The notes under the pieces: model-generated
Databases searched by the model: none
Told to the model about the DNA's origin: nothing
The model's input: the letters and a program-made list of their open reading frames with translations, nothing else
Origin: Spirochaetia bacterium
Lineage (GTDB): Bacteria; Spirochaetota; Spirochaetia; SZUA-6; Bin103
Length of the DNA stretch: 64,000 bases
Reading direction: 5' to 3'
NCBI GenBank assembly: GCA_965203055.1
Contig: OZ241863.1
Location: forward strand, 4,064,001-4,128,000
Position numbers and translations under genes: made by a program
Part shown: positions 1 through 9,644 of the stretch, piece after piece
Layout: every line of letters begins with the position of its first letter
Position numbering within the stretch: position 1 is the stretch's first letter

Positions 1-247
1 CGCCGGCGGGCAGCACTGCGCCGATAGTGGTAGCCGGCGGCGCGTGACCCGCAGCCCCCGGGCGGCGCAGCATTATCGGCCCGGGGAACACGATCTTGCC
101 GGTGAGATCGCGCCCTCCCGCGGCCGCCGCGGCCACAGGGCGCGGCCGCCGCAGGGCGCGCACCGCGCCGCCGTCAATCTCCAGGTCGGCGACGAAGCGT
201 CCATCCGCGTGCACGACAAGGCCCTGGTGCAGGGTAGTCCGGCTCAC
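1..247 (-). CDS. Partial amidohydrolase-like protein (N-terminal beta-domain), runs off the window
   Basis: Manual translation from GTG 247: VSRTTLHQGLVVHADGRFVADLEIDGGAVRAL...RDLTGKIVFPGPIM. This matches the DxxGKxVxPG pattern of dihydroorotase/hydantoinase N-termini, but the usual following D-x-H-x-H is absent. TATAAT at 258-263 (minus strand). Confidence 0.5.
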   Translation of the reverse strand, partial: MSRTTLHQGLVVHADGRFVADLEIDGGAVRALRRPRPVAAAAAGGRDLTGKIVFPGPIMLRRPGAAGHAPPATTIGAVLPAG

Positions 248-336
248 TGCACCGGCGATTATATGCCGGTGCGGCAACGCCTGCCCGCCTGCCCCGCCGG
301 CCTGCCCGCGCCGCGTGTGCTACCATCGGCTCCTGC

Positions 337-1251
337 ATGGCCTCCTCATCGCCGCCCGCCGCCGACGCCGGCCTGGTCGATCTCATCCGCCGTCTGGCGC
401 AGCCGTTGACCCCGCAACCGGTGCCGCCCGCGGCGGGCGGCGCAGCGCGCCTGGGTCCCCTCGCCGGCATCCGCGGCGTCCTGTTCGACATCTACGGTAC
501 GCTGCTCATCTCCGCGGCGGGCGAGATCGGCGGCGGCACGGCCGCTGCCGACCACGCCGCGATGCGCGCCGCGCTGGGCGACGCCGGCTTGACCGGCGCC
601 GCCGCGGCGCCGCAACCGGAGGCGCTGGTGCGCGACCTGCAAACCGCCATTGGCGCCGCGCACCGGGCCGCCAACGCCCGCGGCGTGCGCTGGCCCGAGG
701 TGGACCTGCGGGCCATCTGGCGCCGCCTGCTGCCGGCCGCCGGCGCCGCGGACCGCGCCGCGGTCAGCTACGAGTGCCGCAGCAACCCGGTGTGGCCGAT
801 GCCCGGCGCCGCCGCGGTAGTAGCCGCGCTGCAGGCGCGCGGACCGGTCGGCATCGTCTCCAATGCCCAGTTCTTCACGCCGCCGGTGCTGGCCGCGCTG
901 CTGCCGCAGGTCACCTTCGACCCGCGGCTGGCGGTGTGGTCATTCGTGGAGGGCGAAGCGAAGCCCTCCAAGCGCCTGTTCGACCTCGCGGCCGAGCGTA
1001 TGGCGCGGCATTACCGATTGCGCCCCGATCAGCTCCTGATGGTCGGCAACGACATGCGCAACGACATCCTGGGCGCTCGCCGGGCGGGGGTGCGCGGCGC
1101 CCTGTTCGCCGGCGACGCGCGCTCGCTGCGGCGGCGGCAGGACGATCCGGCCTGCGCCGCGCTGCGCCCGGAGCTGATCCTCACCGAGCTGACCCAACTG
1201 CCGGCGGCGCTGGGTGCCGGCGGCGACCCGCCCCGCCGCGGCGCGAAGTAG
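337..1251 (+). CDS. HAD-superfamily hydrolase
   Basis: Motif I LFDIYGTL, VSNAQ, KP and MVGNDMRNDI. Confidence 0.85.
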   Translation: MASSSPPAADAGLVDLIRRLAQPLTPQPVPPAAGGAARLGPLAGIRGVLFDIYGTLLISAAGEIGGGTAAADHAAMRAALGDAGLTGAAAAPQPEALVRDLQTAIGAAHRAANARGVRWPEVDLRAIWRRLLPAAGAADRAAVSYECRSNPVWPMPGAAAVVAALQARGPVGIVSNAQFFTPPVLAALLPQVTFDPRLAVWSFVEGEAKPSKRLFDLAAERMARHYRLRPDQLLMVGNDMRNDILGARRAGVRGALFAGDARSLRRRQDDPACAALRPELILTELTQLPAALGAGGDPPRRGAK

Positions 1252-1259
1252 GGCGCGGC

Positions 1260-2402
1260 GTGCGGGCGACCCGCGCCACCATCGATCTGGCGCAACTGTG
1301 CGCCAACCTGCGCGCCGTGCAGCGCTGCCTGACCGCGCCGGCGGCAGGCGCCGCGCGCGTCCCTGGCGCCCGGCGCCCCGTGCGCGTCTGTCTGGCGGTC
1401 AAGGCCGCGGCCTACGGTCACGGCGCGGTCCCGGTGGCGCGCGCCGCCCTCACGGCCGGCGTGAGCGCCTTCGGCGTGGCCACCGTGGCGGAGGGGGTGG
1501 AGCTGCGCGCCGCCGGCATCACCGCTCCGATCCTGCTGTTCAGCCTGCCGCTGCCGGAGGAAGCGGGCGCCATCGCCCGCGCGGGGCTGACCGCCCTGTG
1601 CGCGGACGCTGCCCTGGGGCGCGACCTGGCGCGCGCCGCGGCCGCGGCGCGGCGCACCGTGACGGTGCATCTGAAGATCGACACCGGCATGGGGCGCATC
1701 GGGTGTACCCCGGAGGCGGCGCCGGAACTGGCGCAGGAGTTGCGCCGCCTCCCCGCGCTGCGCCTGGCCGGCGTCTGCACCCACTTCGCGCACGCCGATC
1801 AGGCCGACCAGGAACGTACCCGGGCGCAACTCGGCGCCTTCGAGCGCGCCGTCGCGGCGATCCCGGACCACCATCTGCTGGTGCGCCACGCCGCCAACTC
1901 GGGGGCCGTCGGCGGCCTCCCGGCGGCGCGCCTCGACCTGGTGCGGCCCGGGATCATCGCCTACGGCTACCGCCCCGGCGAGCACTGGCCGCGCACCGCT
2001 GCCGTGCGCCCGGTAATGGAGCTTGCCACCCGCGTCGTGTACCTCAAACGCGTGCCCGCCGGCACCGGCCTGTCATACGGTTGGACCTACCGCACGCCCG
2101 CCGCCACGGTGATCGGCACCCTGCCGGTGGGCTACGCCGACGGCTATCCGCGGGCCCTCTCCGGCCGCGCCGAGGTGTTGATCCGCGGGCGCCGCTACCC
2201 GGTCGTGGGGCGGATCTGCATGGACCAGTGCCTGGTCGATCTGGGACCGCGCCCGGCGGTCGCGCGCTACGACGAGGCGGTGCTGTTCGGCCCTGACCGC
2301 GCCGGCCCCGACGCCGGCGAGCTGGCGGCGCTGGCGGACACGATACCCTACGAGATCACCAGCCGAGTGGCGGCCCGCGTCCCGCGCGTCTACCGCTTCT
2401 AA
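1260..2402 (+). CDS. alr: Alanine racemase
   Basis: AVKAAAYGHG PLP-lysine motif, HLKIDTGMGRIG, GYADGY, GRICMD, TIPYEI; GTG start at 1260 chosen just after the HAD stop. Confidence 0.95.
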   Translation: MRATRATIDLAQLCANLRAVQRCLTAPAAGAARVPGARRPVRVCLAVKAAAYGHGAVPVARAALTAGVSAFGVATVAEGVELRAAGITAPILLFSLPLPEEAGAIARAGLTALCADAALGRDLARAAAAARRTVTVHLKIDTGMGRIGCTPEAAPELAQELRRLPALRLAGVCTHFAHADQADQERTRAQLGAFERAVAAIPDHHLLVRHAANSGAVGGLPAARLDLVRPGIIAYGYRPGEHWPRTAAVRPVMELATRVVYLKRVPAGTGLSYGWTYRTPAATVIGTLPVGYADGYPRALSGRAEVLIRGRRYPVVGRICMDQCLVDLGPRPAVARYDEAVLFGPDRAGPDAGELAALADTIPYEITSRVAARVPRVYRF

Positions 2403-2416
2403 AGCCGGGGGGTGAA

Positions 2417-3433
2417 TCAGTTCCTGGTCTTGTCGACCAGCCGCTCCTTGGCGATCCAAGGCATCATGGCGCGCAGCCTGGCGCCGACATCCTCGAGCTG
2501 ATGGCCGGCGTGCTTGGCCCGCATCTTGAGGAATCCGCCGCGCCCGCCGCGATTTTCGTCCATCCAGCGGCGCGCGAAGCTGCCCTCCTGGATCTCGGCC
2601 AGGATCTTCTTCATCTCGCGCTTGATCCGTTCGTCGATGAGGCGGGCGCCGGACACGTAGTCGCCGAACTCGGCGGTGTCCGAAACGGAGTAGCGCATCA
2701 GCGACATGCCGCCCTCGTAGATCAGGTCGACGATCAGCTTCACCTCGTGGATGGTCTCGAAGTAGGCCATCTCCGGCGCATAGCCGGCCTCCACCAGCGT
2801 CTCGTAACCGGCCTGCATCAGGTGGGTCAGGCCGCCGCACAGCACCGCCTGCTCACCGAACAGATCGGTCTCGGTCTCCTCGCGGAAGTTGGTCTCGATG
2901 ACCCCGGCGCGCGCTCCGCCGATGGCCGCGGCGTAGGCGAGGGCGAGGTTCTTGCCCTGGCCGGACGCGTCGTTGGCGACCGCCACCAGACATGGCACGC
3001 CGTATCCCAGTTCGTACTGGCGGCGCACGGTGTGGCCGGGACCCTTGGGAGCGACCATGGTGACGTCGACGCCGGCCTCCGGCTCGATCAATCCGAAGTG
3101 GATGTTGAAGCCGTGGGCGAACATCAGGCTGTTGCCGGGCGCCAGCCCCGGCTTGAGGTCGCGCTGGTAGATCTCGGCCTGGAGATGGTCCGGCACCAGC
3201 ACCATGACCGCGTCGGCCCAGGCCGCCGCGGCGGCGGTCTCCAGCACCGGAATCCCGGTTTCCCGCACCTTGGCGGCGCTGGCGCTGTCGGGGCGCAGCC
3301 CGACGGCAACCTCCACGCCCGAGTCACGCAGATTGTTGGCGTGCGCGAACCCCTGGCTGCCGTAACCAATCACCGCAACCTTCTTGCCGGCGATCCATTG
3401 GCGGTCGATGTCATCTTCGTAGTGGACTTTCAT
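2417..3433 (-). CDS. ilvC: Ketol-acid reductoisomerase
   Basis: [41 protein letters not shown]. Confidence 0.97.
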   Translation of the reverse strand: MKVHYEDDIDRQWIAGKKVAVIGYGSQGFAHANNLRDSGVEVAVGLRPDSASAAKVRETGIPVLETAAAAAWADAVMVLVPDHLQAEIYQRDLKPGLAPGNSLMFAHGFNIHFGLIEPEAGVDVTMVAPKGPGHTVRRQYELGYGVPCLVAVANDASGQGKNLALAYAAAIGGARAGVIETNFREETETDLFGEQAVLCGGLTHLMQAGYETLVEAGYAPEMAYFETIHEVKLIVDLIYEGGMSLMRYSVSDTAEFGDYVSGARLIDERIKREMKKILAEIQEGSFARRWMDENRGGRGGFLKMRAKHAGHQLEDVGARLRAMMPWIAKERLVDKTRN

Positions 3434-3504
3434 GCTGCCTCCCGCGGTCAAGGCCCAAGCATACCGGTAACCTCCGCAGCGTGCTATACTCCGGCCCGCG
3501 AGCT

Positions 3505-4023
3505 ATGTTGAAAGCCACTGAAATACCGTCTGAGGACATCGGCGCCGCCCTGGAGCGCATGGTGCGCACGGTACGCGAGGATGAGGACCCCGTCGAACTG
3601 AAGGAGTATCGCGCACTGTTCAAGAAACACGTGCCGTTCAACCTGCGCGGCTACCTGGTCGCGCACATGATCAAGACCCTCGTCGGCGCCGCGAACGTCG
3701 AGCCTCCGCCGCGGCAAGCTCAGGAACGCCGCGCCGAACCCGCGCGCCGGCGCCGGCGGGAAGTCGAACCGGCGGCCGGCGGATTGCGCCGCCTGTTCGT
3801 GAGCGTGGGCCGAAACCGCCGCGTACGGCCTGATGACCTGACCTCCCTGATCAGTTCTTCGGTGCCGGTCGAGCGTTCGCAGTTCGGCGCCATCAAGATC
3901 CTCGACAGCTACTCGTTCATCGAGGTACCGGAGGCGGTGGCCGAGGAGGCGATCGCCGCACTCTCGGGAACCAGCTTCAAGGGCCGCCGGATCACCGTGG
4001 ACTTCGCCCGCAGCAGGAGCTGA
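3505..4023 (+). CDS. DbpA RNA-binding-domain protein (no helicase domain)
   Basis: C-terminal RLFVSVGRNRRVRPDDL...GAIKILDSYSFIEVP...FKGRRITVDFA. Confidence 0.8.
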   Translation: MLKATEIPSEDIGAALERMVRTVREDEDPVELKEYRALFKKHVPFNLRGYLVAHMIKTLVGAANVEPPPRQAQERRAEPARRRRREVEPAAGGLRRLFVSVGRNRRVRPDDLTSLISSSVPVERSQFGAIKILDSYSFIEVPEAVAEEAIAALSGTSFKGRRITVDFARSRS

Positions 4024-4040
4024 CTCACCGGTCAGCACCC

Positions 4041-4712
4041 TTGGCTGGCGCGCCGGAGGCGATTCTAAAGATGACCTGCCGCGACTCCGGTACCGGGCGC
4101 AGCGCCGCGGCCTGGAGGCCGGGCCGCGCCGCCGCCGCGCAGGTGTGGTCCGGCGCCGATCTGCCGCGCCTGCTGCCCCTGCTGGCGCTGGCGCCGCGGG
4201 TGGAGTTGGAAGTGGGCAGCGGCGGCGGCACCTTCCTGGCCGCCTACGGCGCCGCGCACCGCGACACCCTGGTCATCGGCACCGAGATCAAGCTGGAGCG
4301 CTGCCGCAAGGCGGCGCGCAAACTCGACCGGGCGGGCGCCGACAACGGCGTCATCGTCCGGGCGCGCGCCGAGGAAGTGCTCGCCCGGCTGGCGCCGGGG
4401 TCGCTCGCCGCGGTGCACGTCTACTTCCCCGACCCCTGGCCGAAGCGGCGCCATCGGCGGCGGCGGTTGCTGCGCAAAGGCGTGGTTGACGATCTGGCGC
4501 GGCTGTTGCGGCCGGGCGGCTGTCTCTACCTGGTGACCGACTTCTTCGACTACTATCTGCAGGCCGTGGTACTGATCCTGTTGCAACCCGAGCTGGAGCT
4601 GGACCGCGATCCGGCGCGGATACCGGCCCATGCGGAGCTGTCGCGCTACGGTCCCCGCCTTGCCGCCCTCGGCAAGAGCATCCACTACGCCGCGGCCCGC
4701 CGCCGCGAGTAG
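4041..4712 (+). CDS. trmB: tRNA (guanine-N7)-methyltransferase
   Basis: LEVGSGGG SAM motif, YFPDPWPKRRHRRRRL, VTD; start uncertain (4041 or 4071). Confidence 0.85.
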   Translation: MAGAPEAILKMTCRDSGTGRSAAAWRPGRAAAAQVWSGADLPRLLPLLALAPRVELEVGSGGGTFLAAYGAAHRDTLVIGTEIKLERCRKAARKLDRAGADNGVIVRARAEEVLARLAPGSLAAVHVYFPDPWPKRRHRRRRLLRKGVVDDLARLLRPGGCLYLVTDFFDYYLQAVVLILLQPELELDRDPARIPAHAELSRYGPRLAALGKSIHYAAARRRE

Positions 4713-4737
4713 CCTGCCGCCGCGCGACTGCCGCGAT

Positions 4738-5094
4738 CTAACGGTTGCGGCGCTCCTCCGACGACTGGCAGCCAATGCACAACAGCGCATAGGGAATCGC
4801 CTCGAGCCGTTCGTTGGGAATGCGCGCGCCGCACTTCATGCACACCCCATAGTGACCGTTGGGGATCCGTGCCAGCGCCGACTCGATCAGGTTCAGCCGC
4901 CGCATCTCCTGAGCGCCCAGCGCTTCGAGGGTCTTGCGGTCGACATCCTCGGCAGCCACGTCCACCAGATCCTTGGGATCCATATCTTCCCACAGCTCGC
5001 GGAACTCCGCGTCTTCCTGCGCGAGGTGGGCGAGGATCTCCCGTTTCAGGGTGACCAATCGCTGCTGCATCAACTCGGTCAACTGCTTATTCAC
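4738..5094 (-). CDS. dksA: TraR/DksA-family zinc-finger regulator
   Basis: DLVDVA coiled-coil tip, YGVCMKCG...ERLEAIPYALLCIGCQ; GTG start with GGAG upstream. Confidence 0.85.
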   Translation of the reverse strand: MNKQLTELMQQRLVTLKREILAHLAQEDAEFRELWEDMDPKDLVDVAAEDVDRKTLEALGAQEMRRLNLIESALARIPNGHYGVCMKCGARIPNERLEAIPYALLCIGCQSSEERRNR

Positions 5095-5339
5095 GCTGCA
5101 TCGACTCCAGACGACCAATCCGCCCCGCGCGCGCCTTGAAATCAGCGCGCCCGCGGGATGCGCCTGTATGGGTGAAATGCCGCTTCTTGTCAAGCTCTCA
5201 CCGGCGAACGGGCGAGCCGGCGGCGCCGGGGCCGGCCAGCCCGGAAACGCGCCGCTCGGCGCCGGAGCGGAGGTTCGGTTGACAAAAGCGCCGCGCCGGT
5301 GCATGTACTAGGCACTATCTCCCACTGCAAGGATTGTTC

Positions 5340-5558
5340 TTGGCGAAAGAAGAGGCGATCGAGATCGAAGGGACGGTTCGAGAATCGTTACCAAACACCA
5401 TGTTCCGCGTCGAGTTGCTCAACGGTCACCGGGTGTTGGCCCACCTGTCGGGGAAGATGCGGCGGCATTACATTCGCATCGTTCCCGGCGACCGCGTGCG
5501 GGTTGCCCTGTCACCGTACGATTTGAATCGTGGCCGTATCATCTACCGCGAACGCTAG
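5340..5558 (+). CDS. infA: Translation initiation factor IF-1
   Basis: [25 protein letters not shown]...[14 protein letters not shown]; 72 aa from TTG. Confidence 0.97.
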   Translation: MAKEEAIEIEGTVRESLPNTMFRVELLNGHRVLAHLSGKMRRHYIRIVPGDRVRVALSPYDLNRGRIIYRER

Positions 5559-5638
5559 GCGCTGAACCCGCCCCGGCGCCCGCCGGCAGCCGCGCGGCTA
5601 ACGGTGCGGGGTCGCGCCGGAGCGAGCCGACTGAGCGG

Positions 5639-6961
5639 TCAACTCCGGTAGTCGGCGTTCTCGCGCACGTATTCGTAGCCCAGATCCGCAGCCAGCGCGC
5701 GTACGGTATGTGGCTCCTGCGCCGGATACCCGCCGCCGTCGATCCCGATCCCGATCCGCACCACCCGGTCATGCGGCGGAAACCCGCCGCCTGAATCGCA
5801 CTGGCAAGCCTGCAGGTACGCGCTCAGATCACGCTCCAACACCGGGTCGATGGTGAATGCGCCGGCAGCGAACACCTGCCGGTCGCCCAGGGTGATGGTG
5901 AGGTTGCGCGCCGCGAGATGGCGCAGGTCCGGGCGGCTGCCGAGGTAGTCGCCGGCCGCGCTGGCGATGCGCCCGACGTTGGGGTCGTTGCCGTATACCG
6001 CGGTCTTCACCAGCGGTGAGTTGCCCACCGCCTTGGCCAGCGCCGCCGCGTCCCGCGGCGGCAGGCGGGAGGTTACCGCCACCTCGATCACGTGGCGAGT
6101 ACCCTCTCCGTTGCGGACGACGTCGCCGGCCAGCTCGGTGCACACCTGCTGCAGTGCGGCGCGCAGCCCGGGCGCCGCACTGCCGTCCGGCGGCCGCTCG
6201 CGGCAACTGAGCAGCACTACCATGTCGCTGGTGCTCTGGTCGCCGTCCACGGTAATGCGGTTGAAGGAGCGGCGCGCCGCTCGCTGCAGCTCCTGCTGCA
6301 GCTCATCGGCGGAGGCCGGAGCATCGGTGAGGATGAACGCCAGCATGGTGGCGAGATTGGGTTCGATCATCCCGGCGCCCTTGGCGATGCCGAGCACGCG
6401 GTACCCGGACGAGGTCCGGGCGCTGCGCAGCTTGGGGTAGGCGTCGGTGGTCATGATTGCCTGCGCCACCGCCAGGGGAGTTGCCGCGCCGAGGCTGGCT
6501 GCCAATGCGGGCGTGGCAGCTCCCAGAGCGGCCACCGGGAGCTGCCAGCCGATTACGCCGGTAGAAGCCGGCAGGAGCTCCGCGCCCGGTATCCCGAGGC
6601 CGGCGCCGGCCCGGTCGAGCAGGGCGCGCGCCGCGGTCTCCCCCTCGGGGGCGCAGACGTTGGCCACCTTGTTGTTGATCAGAATGCCGCGCACCGGGCG
6701 CCCGCGATGCCGGCGTACGATCTCCACCGGCGCGCCGGTAACGCGGTTGCGGGTCAGCGCCGCGGCCCAGGCGCGGCTCGCGGCAGGAGCAACGATCGCC
6801 GCCAGATTGATCGGCAGCGGGCGGGCGTCCGCGCCCAGCTCCACCGGGGTGAACTGCGCCGCGGCGACCGCGAAGCGAAACCCCTGCGGAACCAGGGCGC
6901 GCTCCTCCAGCGCCGCTCGATATGCCTCCGCCGTACCGTAGACCTCGCCCGCTGCCGCCAC
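5639..6961 (-). CDS. argJ: Ornithine acetyltransferase / N-acetylglutamate synthase
   Basis: IMTTD, AKGAGMIEPNLATML, TVDGDQSTSD, SPLVKTAVYGNDPNVGR, YVRENADYRS. Confidence 0.93.
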   Translation of the reverse strand: MAAAGEVYGTAEAYRAALEERALVPQGFRFAVAAAQFTPVELGADARPLPINLAAIVAPAASRAWAAALTRNRVTGAPVEIVRRHRGRPVRGILINNKVANVCAPEGETAARALLDRAGAGLGIPGAELLPASTGVIGWQLPVAALGAATPALAASLGAATPLAVAQAIMTTDAYPKLRSARTSSGYRVLGIAKGAGMIEPNLATMLAFILTDAPASADELQQELQRAARRSFNRITVDGDQSTSDMVVLLSCRERPPDGSAAPGLRAALQQVCTELAGDVVRNGEGTRHVIEVAVTSRLPPRDAAALAKAVGNSPLVKTAVYGNDPNVGRIASAAGDYLGSRPDLRHLAARNLTITLGDRQVFAAGAFTIDPVLERDLSAYLQACQCDSGGGFPPHDRVVRIGIGIDGGGYPAQEPHTVRALAADLGYEYVRENADYRS

Positions 6962-7087
6962 CGGTCACCTTATAGTACGGGACGCCCGCCAAAGACAACT
7001 CCGCGGCTCCTGCCCACCCACCCGCGTCCGCCGCTTGACACCGCACGGCGGATGCCGAGACAATCGAACCAGCCTCGCAGACGACTC

Positions 7088-8188
7088 ATGCTCACGAGAT
7101 TCTACGCGGACAACTTTCGGTGTCTGATCAATTTCGATCTCAAGCTCGAGGAAACGAACGTGCTTCTCGGCAGCAACGGTACCGGCAAGACGTCGGTACT
7201 GGAGGTGCTGCGGAAGATACAGGAATTGGTCGCTCGCGGCCGGAGAATCGACGAGATATTTTCGGCGCGAGATCTTACTTGGGGCGAGAACCGCAATGAA
7301 CAACGTTTCGAGATCGATGCCGATGTGGATCAACACACCTACCGTTATGGCTTGACGGTGGAGCACGATCCGGACAGGCGCCGAGTGCGGATCAGCAAAG
7401 AGACTCTCGATCATGACGGCAGACCGATCTTCGAGTTCGATGACGGCCATGCGCAACTCTACCGCGACGACTATACCGAGAGGCCTGGTTTTCCGTTTGA
7501 TTGGACGTTATCCGGCATCGGCATGCTGCACGATCGGCCCGGCAACCGGAAGCTCACGCAATTCAAGAAGGAATTGGTAAACTACATCATCGTCGGTATC
7601 TGTCCCCCGTTGTTCCAATCGGAAACCAGGACGGAAGATGAATTCCTCGACCTCATGATGGAGAATTTCGTCGGCTGGTATCGTCACTACTCTCAAGAGA
7701 ACATGGGGTCGGTCGGAAAACTGTTCGATGAACTCCGCGCAGCGCTTCCTGGTTTCGACTCGATCAGGCTCAAAGAGTCCGGCGAGAGTTCACGCGCTCT
7801 CAAGGCTGTCTTTCGCAGAGCGTCCAACAAGACGGTCGATTACGGATTAGACCAGCTTTCCGACGGCCAGAGCGCGTTGATCGCATTGTACAGCCTGCTC
7901 GTGCTTACCGATGACCGCCGCGTATCGCTGTTCGTCGACGAACCCGACAACTACCTCGCGTTGCGCGAGATTCAGCCGTGGCTGGCGGAGGCGGCCGCCC
8001 GCTGCGGCGAGTCGCTGGAGCAGGTCACCGTCGTCTCCCATCATCCGGTCACCATAGACTACCTGGCAGGAGCCCACGGACGCTGGTTCTTTCGGAACGG
8101 CGACGGACCGGTGCGGATAGGCGAAGAACCGGAGGCGACCGACGGATTAAGGCTTTCCGATACGGTCGTTCGTGGATGGGAGGGATGA
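7088..8188 (+). CDS. ABC-type (AAA_21/OLD-like) ATPase, putative defence component
   Basis: Walker A GSNGTGKT, signature LSDGQ, Walker B LFVDEPD, H-loop VSHHP; lower GC than the flanks; TTGACA at 7035-7040. Confidence 0.85.
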   Translation: MLTRFYADNFRCLINFDLKLEETNVLLGSNGTGKTSVLEVLRKIQELVARGRRIDEIFSARDLTWGENRNEQRFEIDADVDQHTYRYGLTVEHDPDRRRVRISKETLDHDGRPIFEFDDGHAQLYRDDYTERPGFPFDWTLSGIGMLHDRPGNRKLTQFKKELVNYIIVGICPPLFQSETRTEDEFLDLMMENFVGWYRHYSQENMGSVGKLFDELRAALPGFDSIRLKESGESSRALKAVFRRASNKTVDYGLDQLSDGQSALIALYSLLVLTDDRRVSLFVDEPDNYLALREIQPWLAEAAARCGESLEQVTVVSHHPVTIDYLAGAHGRWFFRNGDGPVRIGEEPEATDGLRLSDTVVRGWEG

Positions 8189-8725
8189 GCGCGAGCATCA
8201 TACTGCTCTGCGAAGATCTGCAGACCGAGAGTTTCGTCAGCCGCTTCCTCCTCCATCGCAATTTTCGTGGCCGCGACGTTCTCACCGTGCCAATCCCGGG
8301 TGGCAAGCAGTCCGGCGAGCAGTGGGTTCGCACGAGTTACCCTGATCAACTGAGAGCGATTCGCCGCAGACAGAAGACGGTCCTGCTCGTGGTCATTGAT
8401 GCGGATACCAATACGACGTCCCTCAGGGAGAAGGCAATTGAATCAGGAATGCCGCCGTCGCCAAGTTACGCCGATATCAACAGACCCGGTGATCATCGTC
8501 ATACCGAAACGAAATATCGAGACTTGGTTTCACTTCCTCAAACACCAGACACCGGTCGATGAGACAGTAACGTATCGGAAGCTCAATCGGGCGAGTGACT
8601 GCCATCCTCTCGCCGACGAGTTGCATCGGATCTGTCACGAACGGCAACGTCTTCCCGACTTCGCGCCGCAATCCTTGAAGGAGGCGTGTCTGGAGTATCC
8701 GAAGCTCACTCGATTCCTGCGCTGA
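8185..8725 (+). pseudogene. Frameshifted TOPRIM-like partner of the ATPase
   Basis: ATGA overlap with the ATPase stop. N-part MSASIILLCEDLQTE...LLVVIDADT (E and DxD motifs) continues in the +1 frame as RRQLNQEC...IPKRNIETW...LTRFLR; shift near 8420-8430. Confidence 0.7.
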
Positions 8726-8792
8726 GCAGCGCTTGAAGCGCAGTCGCCGCTACAGCTTTCCCGCCGCGGCGCCGAACCTGATAGCAGGATCG

Positions 8793-9644
8793 ATGATAAG
8801 CCCGGAGCTTGCCGCCGGCGCGGCTGCCGGCGTGGTCGTTACCCTGATAATCGCGGCGGCGTTGCGCGGCGGGGGAAGGGCGGGCGGCGGGGCGGCGCGA
8901 CGGCGGATGGAGCAGTTGGACGAGCTGTCGCGGCGTCTGATGCGTTTCGAACAGGCGCTGACGGTGCCAAGCCAGCGCGGCGCGTACGGTGAACGGCTGC
9001 TCGAGGAGCTGCTGGCCACCTGGTTGCCGCGGGCCAGCTTCGCCACTCAGGTCACCCTGCCGGGCGGCGCGCGGGTCGATGCCATGGTCAAACTGGGCCA
9101 GCGTACCGTGGCGGTCGACGCCAAGTTTCCGTTCGAGGCGGTGGAGAAGCTGGCGCCCGAGGCGCCGCTGACGAAGAGCGCCGAGCGCGCCATCCTCCGC
9201 CACGCCGCGGCCGTGGGGGACAAGTACGTCCTGCCGGACGCCGGCACCTACAACTTCGCGCTGCTCTACGTTCCGAGCGACGCCCTCTACCTGCGCTGCT
9301 TTGGCGGTCCCGACGATCTGCTCGGAGCAGCGCTGCAACGGCGCGTCGTGCCGGTCGGCCCCTCCGCCCTGTACCTGTACCTGCACACCGTCGGCCACGC
9401 CCTGCGCGGGGTGCGCCTGGCCGCGGCCGGTCTGGAGTTGGCCGACACCCTGCAGCGGGCGCGCGACGAAGTCACGGCGCTGCTGGACGCCGGCCAACGG
9501 GTGGAGGGCCAGCTCCTGCAGCTTGGCCGCGGCCACGCCGCCGCCCGCACCGGACTGCGCAACCTGGCCGTCGCCCTGGAACGACTGGCCGGCGGGGCTC
9601 ACTCGGTTGCGGCGAGATCCAACTCCAGCCGCAACGGCAGGTGA
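8793..9644 (+). CDS. rmuC: RmuC-family protein (short, membrane-anchored)
   Basis: N-terminal TM segment, RGAYGERLLEELL, VDAMV...VDAKFP, KYVLP..GTYNFALLYVPSD. Confidence 0.8.
   Translation: MISPELAAGAAAGVVVTLIIAAALRGGGRAGGGAARRRMEQLDELSRRLMRFEQALTVPSQRGAYGERLLEELLATWLPRASFATQVTLPGGARVDAMVKLGQRTVAVDAKFPFEAVEKLAPEAPLTKSAERAILRHAAAVGDKYVLPDAGTYNFALLYVPSDALYLRCFGGPDDLLGAALQRRVVPVGPSALYLYLHTVGHALRGVRLAAAGLELADTLQRARDEVTALLDAGQRVEGQLLQLGRGHAAARTGLRNLAVALERLAGGAHSVAARSNSSRNGR

Noticed and set aside
96..1259. Apparent 388-aa N-terminal extension of alanine racemase
   Set aside because: Arg/Pro-rich off-frame read-through over the real HAD gene; Alr homology starts at 1260
6092..7087. Long N-terminal extension of the ATPase ORF
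   Set aside because: Antisense to argJ; ATPase homology starts at ATG 7088
9599..9644. 46-bp 3' overlap of rmuC and the EEP nuclease
   Set aside because: Short convergent overlaps are common in stop-poor high-GC genomes
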